A stretch of DNA of 64,000 bases from an uncultured delta proteobacterium (GCA_963772835.1 CAVYYZ010000001.1:191381-255380); one strand, 5' to 3'; shown: positions 13,061-24,000, numbered from the stretch's first letter. The notes: a model not told the origin generated them from the letters alone. Numbers and translations: made by a program.

Positions 13061-13449
13061 TAGGATTGGTTCTTGTTACCCACGCAGGTCTGGCGACCGC
13101 ACTCAGATCGTCTGCAGAGATGATAGTCGGGCCGATTGAAAACTGTACCACCGTAGAAGTCGTTCCGGACGAGCGCGCCGATGATATCATGGCGCACGTA
13201 GTGGCTGCAGTCGGGGCTGTGCAGGCAGACGGCGCTATCATCATGACTGATCTTTTTGGCGGAACCCCGTCTAATATGGCGATGTCGTTTTTGAAAGAGG
13301 GCTTTATTGAAGTTGTCACCGGAGTGAATCTGCCGATGATGATTGAGTTTTGCTCTCGCCGTGACCGTATGTCGGTCACTGAACTTGCGGCGGATTTGTA
13401 TCGTACCGGACGCGAAGGAATAATCGTCGCCGGTGAGTTGTTGAAGTAA
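13057..13449 (+). CDS. PTS EIIA component, mannose/fructose family
   Basis: LVTH, DLFGGTPSN and GVNLPM. Confidence 0.93.
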   Translation: MIGLVLVTHAGLATALRSSAEMIVGPIENCTTVEVVPDERADDIMAHVVAAVGAVQADGAIIMTDLFGGTPSNMAMSFLKEGFIEVVTGVNLPMMIEFCSRRDRMSVTELAADLYRTGREGIIVAGELLK

Positions 13450-13458
13450 CAGAATAAC

Positions 13459-13626
13459 CCGCACGAGAAAGTCCGTAGATACATCTCTCAAAAGAGAGAT
13501 GCTAACTCACTAATCCGCACGGGATAGTTCGTTGACGCATCTCTCAAAAGAGAGATGCTAACTCACTAATCCACGAGGGATAGTTCGTTGACGCATCTCT
13601 CAAAAGAGAGATGCTAACTCACTAAG
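13459..13626. repeat. Three tandem 56-bp units, each with the hairpin CATCTCTC-AAAA-GAGAGATG
   Basis: CATCTCTCAAAAGAGAGATGCTAACTCACTAA begins at 13482, 13538 and 13594 (period 56). Confidence 0.95.
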
Positions 13627-13638
13627 GGAACCTGAAAT

Positions 13639-13905
13639 ATGCTTCGGAAAGAATTTCTTATCATAAATAAACTAGGGTTGCACGCCCGTGCTTCAGCCCT
13701 CTTCGTGAAGACCTCCAGTCGCTTCAATTCTGACGTCATGCTGTCGAGGGAAGATATCGAGGTTAACGGTAAAAGTATTATGGGCATTATGATGCTGGCG
13801 GCATCGAAGGGTTCTTCTGTCACGCTGACCGTTACCGGTGCAGACGAAAACGAAGCTTTTGAGGCCATCGGCGACCTGATAGCAACCGGCTTCGGAGAGG
13901 AATGA
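13639..13905 (+). CDS. ptsH: Phosphocarrier protein HPr
   Basis: GLHARAS (His15) and NGKSIMGIMML (Ser46). Confidence 0.97.
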   Translation: MLRKEFLIINKLGLHARASALFVKTSSRFNSDVMLSREDIEVNGKSIMGIMMLAASKGSSVTLTVTGADENEAFEAIGDLIATGFGEE

Positions 13906-13906
13906 T

Positions 13907-15649
13907 ATGGTGACCTTCTCGGGAATCGCGGCTTCGCCCGGGATTGTAATGGGAAGGCTGCGTATTATTGACCGTCGCCGGGCTGTCGTGTCCGAATATC
14001 CGATCCCCTCGGAAGCGGTTTGTCATGAAACAGCCCGTCTGGCCCAGGCGATTGAAGATACCCGTGTCGAGCTTGAACAGCTTAAATCGCACCTCGCTGA
14101 AACAAGTGGTGAAGATCACCTCTTCTTTATTGAAACCCACCTGATGATTCTGGCTGACACCCGTCTTGTTTCCGAAACTTCAGACATAATAAAAACCGGA
14201 CTGATTAATGCCGAAGGCGCACTGCGGCGGACTCTGCACCGCTACCGTGAAACGTTTTCACGTATTGAAGACCCGTATCTCCGTGAACGTATCAGCGATG
14301 TAGAAACGGTGATTGAGCGGGTTCTGAACTGTATGAGCGGTGAAGCGGAGGAACCGTTTCCCCAGAATGAAAGCCAGATAATCATTGCGGCACACGACTT
14401 TTCTCCCGCCGACATGCTTCAGATCAATCGCACTAATGTGCTTGCCGTCGTAACCGAGATCGGCGGCCGGACATCACATACGGCCATACTGGCGCGAGCC
14501 CTTGATCTGCCGGCGGTTATGGGTGTGGAAGGGATCACCGATCTTCTGCTTGACGGTGTTCCGGTAATTGTCGACGGTTTGTCCGGAACGGTGGTTATTG
14601 ACCCGGACCAGGAAACGTTTCAGTCCTCGTTGCGGCGTAAGCAGCATTATGAATATGTCGAATATGAACTTCTCAAAACGGCACCATTACCTGCCGTTAC
14701 CCGAGATGGACATTCGATGCATCTGCGCGGCAACGTCGAGATACCGGAAGAGGGTGCTTCAGTGCTGGGACATGGCGGGAGCGGTGTCGGCTTATACCGC
14801 ACCGAAATGCTCTTTATGAACCGCTCCGTTATGCCGGATGAAGATGAACAGCTGGCGATGTATCGATCAATGCAGCAGGCGGTCACACCGCATCTTCTCA
14901 CTATCCGGACCCTTGATGCCGGCGGTGACAAACTTCTTGAAGGGATGGACCAGGGTGGTGAGGCCAATCCCGCCCTCGGTGTACGGGCGATCCGCCTCTC
15001 CCTGAGCATGCCTTCGGAATTCAAGAAACAGCTGCGGGCGATCCTGCGGGTCAGCACTGACGGGCCGGTCAGAATCATGTTCCCGATGATTTCAGGAATG
15101 GAGGAATTGCGTGCGGCAAAAGAGCTGCTTGAAGAAGCCAAGCGGGAACTGAAAGATTCCGGTGTCCCTTTTGACACCGCTGTTCAGGTCGGAGTGATGA
15201 TCGAAATTCCGGCGGCAGTGACACTTGCTGACCTGCTGGCACGTGAAGTGGATTTTTTCAGCGTCGGCACGAATGACCTGATACAGTACACCCTGGCTAT
15301 CGACCGCAGTAACGAACAGCTCTCTCATATGTATCAACCGCTTCATCCCGCCGTACTCCGGTCACTGCGGCGTATTGTTCAGGCGGCACACGGCGCCGGG
15401 ATTCCCGCCTGCCTCTGCGGCGAAATGGCCGGTGATCCTCTCTATCTGCCGGTACTGCTCGGGCTCGGCTTTGATGAACTTTCGATGGGTACCGGATCGC
15501 TTCTGCGCGTGAAACAGATTCTCCGGCGCTGTACGCTGGAGCGGGCGGCCAGGATTGCGGAGGGGTGTTTTGCCTTTTCAACCGCCGCGGAAGTCGAAAT
15601 GTACCTGAAGGCTCAAATTACCATGGATGTAGCAGAAAGTATCGACTGA
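13907..15649 (+). CDS. ptsI: PTS enzyme I
   Basis: GGRTSHTAILAR, GLYRTE, EANPALGVR, DFFSVGTNDLIQY and CGEMAGD. Confidence 0.97.
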   Translation: MVTFSGIAASPGIVMGRLRIIDRRRAVVSEYPIPSEAVCHETARLAQAIEDTRVELEQLKSHLAETSGEDHLFFIETHLMILADTRLVSETSDIIKTGLINAEGALRRTLHRYRETFSRIEDPYLRERISDVETVIERVLNCMSGEAEEPFPQNESQIIIAAHDFSPADMLQINRTNVLAVVTEIGGRTSHTAILARALDLPAVMGVEGITDLLLDGVPVIVDGLSGTVVIDPDQETFQSSLRRKQHYEYVEYELLKTAPLPAVTRDGHSMHLRGNVEIPEEGASVLGHGGSGVGLYRTEMLFMNRSVMPDEDEQLAMYRSMQQAVTPHLLTIRTLDAGGDKLLEGMDQGGEANPALGVRAIRLSLSMPSEFKKQLRAILRVSTDGPVRIMFPMISGMEELRAAKELLEEAKRELKDSGVPFDTAVQVGVMIEIPAAVTLADLLAREVDFFSVGTNDLIQYTLAIDRSNEQLSHMYQPLHPAVLRSLRRIVQAAHGAGIPACLCGEMAGDPLYLPVLLGLGFDELSMGTGSLLRVKQILRRCTLERAARIAEGCFAFSTAAEVEMYLKAQITMDVAESID

Positions 15650-16437
15650 TGACTCCTCCCGTAATCTATTCTCTTTTCGCACTTGTGTTCGGCATGGTGG
15701 TCGGTTCATTCCTGAATGTCTGCATCTGCCGCCTTCCGAAGCATGAATCAATTGTGTCCCCCCCGTCGCATTGTCCGGTCTGTTCCTATCAGATTTGCTG
15801 GTATGACAATATTCCGCTGCTGAGCTACCTGTTTCTCCGCGGGAAGTGTCGGGGATGCGGCACCAGTATTTCTCTTCAGTACCCGCTGGTTGAGCTGCTC
15901 AACGGCGTCCTGACCCTGCTGCTGTTCCTCCGCTTCGGGCCGACACTTGTGTGTGCGGTCCTGTTCATGTTCTGTTCTGCACTGGTCGTGATCACTTTTA
16001 TAGACATCGAGCACCAGATTATCCCCGACGAAATATCGCTTCCCGGCATTGTCGCCGGATTTATCCTGTCGTTTTTTATTCCGGGTCACGGCTGGCTGAA
16101 TTCTCTGCTTGGAATCCTACTCGGCGGCGGAAGCCTGCTGCTGGTTGCCTCCGTATATCAACGGCTGACCGGCAAAGATGGAATGGGGGGCGGTGATATC
16201 AAGCTGCTGGCCATGATGGGCGCCTTTCTCGGCTGGAAAGCGGTGCCGTTTATTATTTTTGCCAGTTCACTGATCGGTTCGATTATCGGCGTTTCCATCA
16301 TGCTGCTTCAGAAAAAGGATTCCAAACTGGCGATCCCGTTTGGTCCGTACCTTGCTTTTGCTGCAGTGCTGTATATTTTTTACGGCAGAATCCTCATCCG
16401 CTGGTATCTGGGGCTGAGCGGTTTTTCCCAGGGGTAG
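15649..16437 (+). CDS. pilD: Prepilin peptidase/N-methyltransferase
   Basis: GSFLNVCI, CPVC..CRGC, GMGGGDIKL and IPFGPYL. Confidence 0.96.
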   Translation: MTPPVIYSLFALVFGMVVGSFLNVCICRLPKHESIVSPPSHCPVCSYQICWYDNIPLLSYLFLRGKCRGCGTSISLQYPLVELLNGVLTLLLFLRFGPTLVCAVLFMFCSALVVITFIDIEHQIIPDEISLPGIVAGFILSFFIPGHGWLNSLLGILLGGGSLLLVASVYQRLTGKDGMGGGDIKLLAMMGAFLGWKAVPFIIFASSLIGSIIGVSIMLLQKKDSKLAIPFGPYLAFAAVLYIFYGRILIRWYLGLSGFSQG

Positions 16438-16439
16438 AC

Positions 16440-17936
16440 ATGGTCCGGTACCGTCCCACTCTGACCGTTTCAATCCTGGCTTTTCTGGGACTGCTGCTGG
16501 TTTTAACCTGGCTCCTCTTCAGTCTGCTGGCCTTTAAAACTGCCGCCAATGATCTCTATGCCCAAAAAGGCGAGCATGCCCGCACGCTGCTCAAGGCATT
16601 CGTCGCTCTGCTCCCCGATGCAATACCGACCTATCCGGAGGGATTCATACCTTCCGACTCCCAGGCTTCACGCTATATTCAAAAGCTGTCAGAAGAGTCC
16701 GCCTTCAGTCGCCTGACCCTGCTGGACAGAAACGGCACGCCGATCTTCACCGCCGGTCGGGAAGGGAGTGATCCGTACTCGCCGTTTCAGGGCATGGTAA
16801 AAATGACGGAGGGGAGCTTTATCGGTCCTGACGGAGATGGCATTGTTCACATCATCACCGTTACCCGGGACGGAGTGGCCGTCGCCAAAGCCGGACTGCT
16901 GCTCTCACTCTCACCCGAAAAAGCCCGGCTGAATCGATCCCGGCAGATGCTGATGGCGTACTTCGTGCTGGACTTTATATTGCTGTTAGGTCTGGGATCT
17001 TTTGTACTGACGCGGATTGTTGTCAATCCGATAAACCGGCTGCTGACGGCAACCGAAAAAATAACCGGCGGGCAGTACAGTCAGCGGCTTTCAATGTCAG
17101 GGAGTGCCGAACTTGCACGGCTGGCGCATGCCTTCAACGAAATGGCCGCATCGCTGCAAAATAAAGACCGCCTGGTTGCCGAGCAGATGACCGCTCTCGA
17201 AAAGGCGAACAGTGACCTGGGGCAGGCACGGGAGGAATCGGTCCGTACCGAAAAAATGGCGTCCATCGGCCTGCTGGCTGCGGGGATGGCCCATGAGATA
17301 GGAACACCGCTCGCATCAATCATGGGGTATGCCGAACTCTCCGCAAGTGAACAGCCGGATAACAGCGCCATCCAGGATTATGCCCGGCGCATCACGGAAG
17401 ATTGCTCACGGATTGACCGAATTGTTCGTGGCCTGCTTGATTTTTCCCGGCCGCGTACATCGTGTGGCGAGAACACCGATGTACGGAGCGTCGTACTCTC
17501 AACGGTCGATCTCATGACACAGCAGGGGGCATTCAAACAGTTGAATCTCTCCCTTGAAATGGATGAAGGCCTGTTAACGGCCAGGTGTGATCAGCATCAG
17601 CTTCAGCAGGTGGTTATCAATCTGCTCCTCAACAGCCGGGATGCAACCCCTTCAGGCGGCACGATAACGGTCAGTGCGGGCCGGGATGGCGCCCGTATCC
17701 GGCTGGATGTCCGCGACAGCGGCACAGGTATCCCGGAGGAGTCCATAAAACATATATTTGATCCGTTTTTCACCACAAAGCCTCCCGGCAAGGGGACCGG
17801 CCTGGGACTGGCAATTTCTGCACGGATTGTTGAAGGTTTCGGCGGGCGTATTACGGTGGCCAGCAGGGTTGGCGAAGGGAGCCGTTTCACCGTCTGGTTG
17901 CCGCAGGTGCAGGCTGAGCAAGGGGGTGACGCGTGA
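16440..17936 (+). CDS. HAMP-domain sensor histidine kinase (NtrB-like)
   Basis: Two TM segments, HAMP domain, H-box AHEIGTPL, and FDPFFTTK..GTGLGL. Confidence 0.95.
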   Translation: MVRYRPTLTVSILAFLGLLLVLTWLLFSLLAFKTAANDLYAQKGEHARTLLKAFVALLPDAIPTYPEGFIPSDSQASRYIQKLSEESAFSRLTLLDRNGTPIFTAGREGSDPYSPFQGMVKMTEGSFIGPDGDGIVHIITVTRDGVAVAKAGLLLSLSPEKARLNRSRQMLMAYFVLDFILLLGLGSFVLTRIVVNPINRLLTATEKITGGQYSQRLSMSGSAELARLAHAFNEMAASLQNKDRLVAEQMTALEKANSDLGQAREESVRTEKMASIGLLAAGMAHEIGTPLASIMGYAELSASEQPDNSAIQDYARRITEDCSRIDRIVRGLLDFSRPRTSCGENTDVRSVVLSTVDLMTQQGAFKQLNLSLEMDEGLLTARCDQHQLQQVVINLLLNSRDATPSGGTITVSAGRDGARIRLDVRDSGTGIPEESIKHIFDPFFTTKPPGKGTGLGLAISARIVEGFGGRITVASRVGEGSRFTVWLPQVQAEQGGDA

Positions 17937-19303
17937 GCGGCAACACGCACATTCTCGTTATTGATGACGAAGAAAACATGCGCCACATGTTATCGGTCAT
18001 GCTGACCCGTCAGGGATACCGGGTCGATCTGGCGGCGGATGGAGAAGAGGGGTTGAAATGCCTCATGGATACTGTCTACGATTATATTCTGTGTGATATC
18101 CGGATGCCGGAAATGGATGGCACGGCATTTCTGGTACGGGCGCTGGAGGAGCATGTCGCCGCTCCGATCATTATGATGTCCGCCTACGGCAGCGTCGATA
18201 CGGCAATAGAGTGCATGAAACGGGGAGCGTACGACTTTATCTCGAAACCGTTCAAAAAAGATGAAATCGTTATGGTGCTCAAGAAAGCCGAGGAACGGGA
18301 ACGGCTGAAAGCAGAAAACTGTCAGCTGCGGGAGGTTGTCGCCGGTCAGTTCTCCTACAGCGGAATCCTCAGCCGAACCGCCGCGATGCAGGAGATATTC
18401 AGCCAGATCCGCAAGGTCGCGGACCTGAAGACGACAATACTGGTGCTGGGCGAGTCCGGCACCGGCAAAGAGCTGGTTGCCCGGGCCGTTCATCAGAACG
18501 GCAGGCGCTCTCATATGCCTTTTGTGGCGGTGAATTGCGGTGCTATTCCGGAAAACCTGCTTGAAAGCGAATTGTTCGGCCATGTGCGGGGTGCTTTTAC
18601 TGACGCATCCAGTGACAAAGCCGGACTTTTTGAACAGGCTGACGGCGGCACGCTTTTTCTGGATGAAATCGGCGAAATGCCGCTCTCACTGCAGGTCAAG
18701 CTGCTGCGGGTGTTACAGGAAAGTGAAATCAGGAGAGTAGGGGGGGCGGCATCCAAAAAAGTAGATGTCAGAGTAATTTCCGCCACGTCCCGTGATCTTT
18801 CCGCCGATGTCGCCACGGGGCGTTTCCGGGAGGATCTGTTCTTCCGTCTCAATGTATTCTGCCTGCAGCTGCCGCCGCTGCGCGAACGCGTTGAAGATAT
18901 CCCGCTGCTGGCGGAACATTTTCTCGGCCTCTATTCCGCCGACACCGAACGCCGGACCGTACGCATCGAGCCTGATGCGATGCGCTGTCTGCTGGCACAC
19001 AACTGGCCGGGCAATATACGCGAGCTTGAAAATGCGCTTGAACGAGCCTGCATTCTCTGCGAAGGTGGCCGTATCTCCTCATCCTGTCTGCCTCAGTCAC
19101 TCCGGCTGCCTGATGAGGGGCCGCCGGACGAGCCGGGTGACGATGAAAACCTCTCGATAAAGAAGGCCGAAGACACCATCGAACGGGAACTGATCAGGAA
19201 AGCGCTTGCCAAAACCGGCGGTAATCGTACGCAGGCTGCAAAAATTCTTGAAATAAGTCATCGTTCACTGCTTTACAAACTGAAGGAATATGGCATAGAG
19301 TGA
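17933..19303 (+). CDS. Sigma54-dependent response regulator (NtrC family)
   Basis: REC domain, GESGTGKE, GAFTDA, LFLDEIG and a Fis-type HTH. Confidence 0.96.
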   Translation: MSGNTHILVIDDEENMRHMLSVMLTRQGYRVDLAADGEEGLKCLMDTVYDYILCDIRMPEMDGTAFLVRALEEHVAAPIIMMSAYGSVDTAIECMKRGAYDFISKPFKKDEIVMVLKKAEERERLKAENCQLREVVAGQFSYSGILSRTAAMQEIFSQIRKVADLKTTILVLGESGTGKELVARAVHQNGRRSHMPFVAVNCGAIPENLLESELFGHVRGAFTDASSDKAGLFEQADGGTLFLDEIGEMPLSLQVKLLRVLQESEIRRVGGAASKKVDVRVISATSRDLSADVATGRFREDLFFRLNVFCLQLPPLRERVEDIPLLAEHFLGLYSADTERRTVRIEPDAMRCLLAHNWPGNIRELENALERACILCEGGRISSSCLPQSLRLPDEGPPDEPGDDENLSIKKAEDTIERELIRKALAKTGGNRTQAAKILEISHRSLLYKLKEYGIE

Positions 19304-19331
19304 CACAAACCCGATTTTGAAAGGAACACGC

Positions 19332-20117
19332 ATGCTGAAAGAACTCTGTATTGCCGTAGCGGTCACCATTATCCTCGTTTCATCCTCCTTTGCCATGGCA
19401 AAAGAGGGCTGCGGCGGCGATTGTACCTCATGTCACACCCTTACCCCCCAGGAGGCCACCGGACTCCTGAAAAAAATCGGCGGAACCGTCACATCCGTGC
19501 GGCAGGCTCCCGCCAGGGGTCTGTTCGAACTGCTGGTCGAAAGGGAGGGGCAGAAGGGAATCATCTATATGGACTACGGCAAGAAATACCTGATTCAGGG
19601 TGTTGTTGTCGATCTGGAGAAGCTTGAACAGGTTTTCGCCCACAAAAATGAGCTCCCCCCCCCAAAACAGATAAAGCCAATTGATGTTAAAACAATTCCT
19701 GTGGCACATGCCGTGGTAATGGGCAATCCGAAGGGTTCGAAGAAGCTGTACGTCTTTACCGACCCCGACTGCCCCTACTGTCAAAAAGGGCACGTAGAAC
19801 TGAAAAAACTGGCAAAAATCGCGCCGGATGTGGCCATATACATCATGCTCTTTCCGTTGCCGATGCATCCGGGAGCATACGACAAAGCGCGTACGATAGT
19901 TGAAACCGGGAGCCACGAACTTCTGGACAGGGCTTTCGGAGGCGGAGAAATCCCCAAACCGAAAAAAGAGAGCAGCAAAAAAGCCATCGATGAAATTGTA
20001 AAATTCGGCCATGACAACGGCATATCCGGGACACCGACCATGGTCATGCCGGACGGTACGATTCAGGTCGGCATGCACGATGCGGAAACGTTGAAGAAAA
20101 TGCTGGAAGGAAAATAG
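19332..20117 (+). CDS. DsbC-family thiol:disulfide isomerase with an N-terminal CxxCH motif
   Basis: Signal peptide, FTDPDCPYC active site and GTPT; CTSCH at 19422-19436. Confidence 0.88.
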   Translation: MLKELCIAVAVTIILVSSSFAMAKEGCGGDCTSCHTLTPQEATGLLKKIGGTVTSVRQAPARGLFELLVEREGQKGIIYMDYGKKYLIQGVVVDLEKLEQVFAHKNELPPPKQIKPIDVKTIPVAHAVVMGNPKGSKKLYVFTDPDCPYCQKGHVELKKLAKIAPDVAIYIMLFPLPMHPGAYDKARTIVETGSHELLDRAFGGGEIPKPKKESSKKAIDEIVKFGHDNGISGTPTMVMPDGTIQVGMHDAETLKKMLEGK

Positions 20118-20150
20118 CCCTCATCCGGCGCATATCGAATCATGATTTCG

Positions 20151-20189
20151 GCCCCTTGCTATGAAAAGTTTGCATAGCAAGGGGCTTTG
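20151..20189 (+). terminator. Probable intrinsic terminator after dsbC
   Basis: 13-bp stem GCCCCTTGCTATG / CATAGCAAGGGGC followed by TTTGT. Confidence 0.65.
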
Positions 20190-20279
20190 TCTGTCGTAAT
20201 TTGTATGTATAAATTGCGTAGTTATTCTTCTGTTCTTTAAATAGGTAGTTATATCAGTACAATGTAAATATTTTTCCTG

Positions 20280-20295
20280 TGGTACTGAATTTGCA
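20280..20295 (+). promoter_or_regulatory. Putative sigma54 (-24/-12) promoter
   Basis: TGGTACTGAATTTGCA has exact GG-N10-GC spacing, lies 75 nt before the 20370 start, and is preceded by an AT-rich tract. Confidence 0.6.
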
Positions 20296-20369
20296 TATTT
20301 TAGCCCGACGTACATTGTTATGTGATACCGGCCGTTTTCAGACGGCTATAAAGAATAAGGGGAAACCGC

Positions 20370-20909
20370 ATGAGCGAAGCTTCAGAAAAAGAGAAGGAAT
20401 TTTCCGATATCGATCTGTGCTACAAGGCGATGGGGCTTTCGTTCAGCGACAACCCGGAGCAGGTTGAGAGGACCTACAAAAAGCTGAAGGACGAGTACGG
20501 CAGGGGGATGCGATCGACTGACCCGGTTGAACGGTCTACTGCGACGGAAAATCTGAAACAGCTTGAAGAGCTGTTTACCACAATAACCGGATCTCTTATT
20601 TACAAGGATTACGCCAAGGAATATGAAAAATATCTGGCGATACATGCCGAGAAAATAGCAGAGCGCAAGCTGAAACAGCAGCAGCAGGCGGCCGTCAAGG
20701 AAACGCTCGTTTCGTGCCCGTACTGCAAAAAACCGATTGCGGCAAAACTGAAGGTCTGCATCTATTGCCACGGCAAGATATTAACGCCGTTGGAGCAGCT
20801 GATGGCGGATCTCTTTTCGACACGGAACCTGGTGATTGCAACGATTGTTGTTGTACTGATTATCGCCGGGGTGGTGTTTATGACGAATCCGGAACTATTG
20901 AAGCGATAG
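20370..20909 (+). CDS. Membrane-anchored protein: J-domain-like N-terminus (no HPD), zinc ribbon, C-terminal TM
   Basis: CYKAMGL..EQVERTYKKL resembles J-domain helices I-II; CPYC-x10-CIYC; hydrophobic tail. Confidence 0.65.
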   Translation: MSEASEKEKEFSDIDLCYKAMGLSFSDNPEQVERTYKKLKDEYGRGMRSTDPVERSTATENLKQLEELFTTITGSLIYKDYAKEYEKYLAIHAEKIAERKLKQQQQAAVKETLVSCPYCKKPIAAKLKVCIYCHGKILTPLEQLMADLFSTRNLVIATIVVVLIIAGVVFMTNPELLKR

Positions 20910-21005
20910 TTCTCTGGATTGTTGATATATATGTACGCGGAGATGCTGCACATAAAAAGACGGTGCTTCAATTATCAGGTACCATTTTCACATGAGGAGT
21001 CGGCA

Positions 21006-24000
21006 ATGGAAACGACACGAACTAAAATTCGGAATGTAGCCAGATCAGCTTTAAAAACGGTGTTCATGCTTATGGTGATTATGCAGATAACGGCATTATC
21101 GGCACACGCCCTTTCCATCAAGATAAAGCTCGGAAATAACGGTTCCATTGCTAACGGTGCAACATCGCTGGTGAACAATCAAAGTCTGACTGTTGCTAGC
21201 AACACAAATGTTGTTTTTACCATCACTCCTGACCCCGGATACGTTGTTAAAGAGATTAAAATCAAGAACAACAGCCACAGCAGCAGTGATGTAACCAAAC
21301 AGCCAACCGACAGTCAGCTGTCGTCATGGCTTACCTGGACTTCCGGTATGGCGGCGGTGACGGTCAATTCCGGGACTGACAATTTTGAGTTTGAAGTCTC
21401 ATTCGAGCAGGCACCACAGATTAAGGTGAACGTGAAATGGGGGACAAACAGCTCCAATTTTGATAATAAGGCCGGAGGTTATGTTAACCCTCCCGGTTCC
21501 GGCAATAGTGGCAAAGACAGGGATTTCAGTGAGCAATCCTCACCAATTTTTACAATCTATCCTGCCGCAAATTATGTGGTCGGAACAGTGTATATAAGGC
21601 CCAATAACGGCAGTTGGTCAACGGTGGCCGTCACTAACAATACGTTCACCTTCAATGTCGGAACGACTGATTGGGACGTCAAGGTGCAGTTTGTAGCGGC
21701 TGCAACAAAAAATGTCGACGTATACTGGGGCAGCAATGCAGTCGGCGTCGCCATGAATGGTCTCGGAGGGTATGTAAACCCGCCCGGTTCCAACGCCAAT
21801 AATGGCGATTCTGTTGCCGTTGTGCAGAATACGACCGGGGTCTTTACCATAGTCCCCGGCAACAGTTACTCTATTACCGCTGTCAAGCTCTGTGACAGCA
21901 ACGGCAATAATTGCACCGCTCTGACGGTATCCTCATCCAATCAGGTCTCCGTCCCCGTCGGGACTTCCAATGTGCGATTATATGCATATTTCACGGGGGC
22001 GGCTCTTAACAACGTCATGGTCAAGTGGGGCACCAACGGCGGCATGGATAACGGAGCCGGTGGATACGTTGACCCGCCAGGAGATACGCTTTCCGGATCA
22101 TATGTTTCCGCGCCGCAGTACCTGGACCAGACATTCCGCATCTATTTCAATACTAACTATACGATTCAACAGGTGTTGCGCAGCAGGAACGGCAACAATT
22201 TCCAGGACAAGACATCCAATCTGGTCTGCGTATTGGGAAATAACTATTGCGATTATACGTTTGGCATCGGAAATGACACATTCGAAATAAAGGTGCTGTA
22301 TCGTCAACAGGTAACAACAGGAGTGACGGTCCAGTGGGGAACTGACTCACTCGCAACCAACGGTGTCGGCGGGTATGTCGATCCACCTTCCAGCCATGTT
22401 TCAGGAACACAGGTGAACGTGGCGGCCAATACCAAAAACTACGACTTCAGAATATACCCGGCGACCAACAACCACATTCTTTCGGTAACTCTGGTAAACC
22501 TGCTCAACGACACCCGCTCGGACCAGACCCCCAACATCGTGCCGAATACTCCCACAAACCCGACGTACTACACATTTACGCTGCGCGATTCCCAGGACCA
22601 CGGATGGTCGTTGCAGGTTGTATTCGAGCCTGACAGTAACAGTTATATTCTTACAACAGCGGTCATTGATCCCCCCGTCTGCGTTCCGGTTGCACCGGCA
22701 ACCAACTGTTTTAACGGTACGCTGGATCCACCCGCTTCGAGTACCGGCGGCACGACCTCTGTCGCTAAAAATACCTACAAAACGGTGACGTTTACCCCTG
22801 ATTCCGGCTATGTTGTCGGCGACGTCCTGCTCTGGACCGGTTCAACTTCAACCAGTGTCGGCGCCGTAACGTCATATTCTGTCCTGATGGATTCGGCCCA
22901 CACTGTCGAGGTGTACTATCTGCCGAGAGGCTATGACATAACGGCCACAGCAGGGATAGGCGGCAGCGTTTCTCCGGGTCTTGGTGAAAATACCACCGAG
23001 ACTAAAAACTACGCCAAAAACTCGGATCAGATATTTACGGTAACTCCGAAGCCTGGGTACCGCATACTCGACGTAACGATTACTGAAAATGGCGTCACCG
23101 CTTCCAAGGGAGCCATTACGTCCTATACCTTCAAAAATCTGCTGGCAAACGGCGTCATAAGTGCGACGTTCGCTGCGGCAACGGCTTCAACCTGCACCTA
23201 CTGCCAGACGCCGGCATTTATTGCTTCCGGCACAACCCTGCTGCCGAACGTACTCATTATTTTCGACAATTCGGGCAGTATGGGTAACAGCGCCTACGCC
23301 AGCGCCACACATGACTGGAGCAAAAATTATTACGGCTACTTTGATTCAACCAAGGTCTACAAACTGGCCAGCGGCATTTACTCGGTGGATACCACCAAGG
23401 CGCCGCCAACGGCGGCGGACAAAAACACCATGTCCGGAAACTACCTCAACTGGAAGTACATGGACCGGGTTGATGTCATCCGCAGGGTGTCTGATTGGCG
23501 GCAAGGTGGAAGATACCGCCGGTTCGCTGACAAACAGGAAATCCACTACCGCCACGAAATATCTTATCGGCAACAACGGTATCAAAATTGACGCGGGAAC
23601 TACCGAGCCGACCGGTATTCTTCAGGCGCTGTACAACAGGGTACGTTTTGGTATCATGACCTTCGGCAGTTATGGCAACACCGGAAAGCTCAATACCAGC
23701 ACCGGCGGCCATATTGTCGCAGGCATGGACTCAACCCTGGATGATCTGGTTATCACGGTGCAGGAGAAAACAGACCCGGGCGGCATCACGCCGCTCGCCG
23801 AATCCCTTTACGAGGCGGTACGCTTCTTTAAGGGTACAACCAGTGCATACAACTACAATGTGGACTACTCAACGATGGATCCGGTGCAGTGGTCATGTCA
23901 GAAGCACTTTATACTGATGGTTACGGACGGTCTCCCCAACGAGTCCGCCATCCTGCCGGGAAGGTCCAACGCCACAACCCCGGTAAAGCTTGATTCCCAC

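Noticed and set aside
13459..13626. CRISPR mini-array
   Set aside because: The would-be spacers are only 24 nt and are homologous to each other, and there are no cas genes. It is a tandem repeat.
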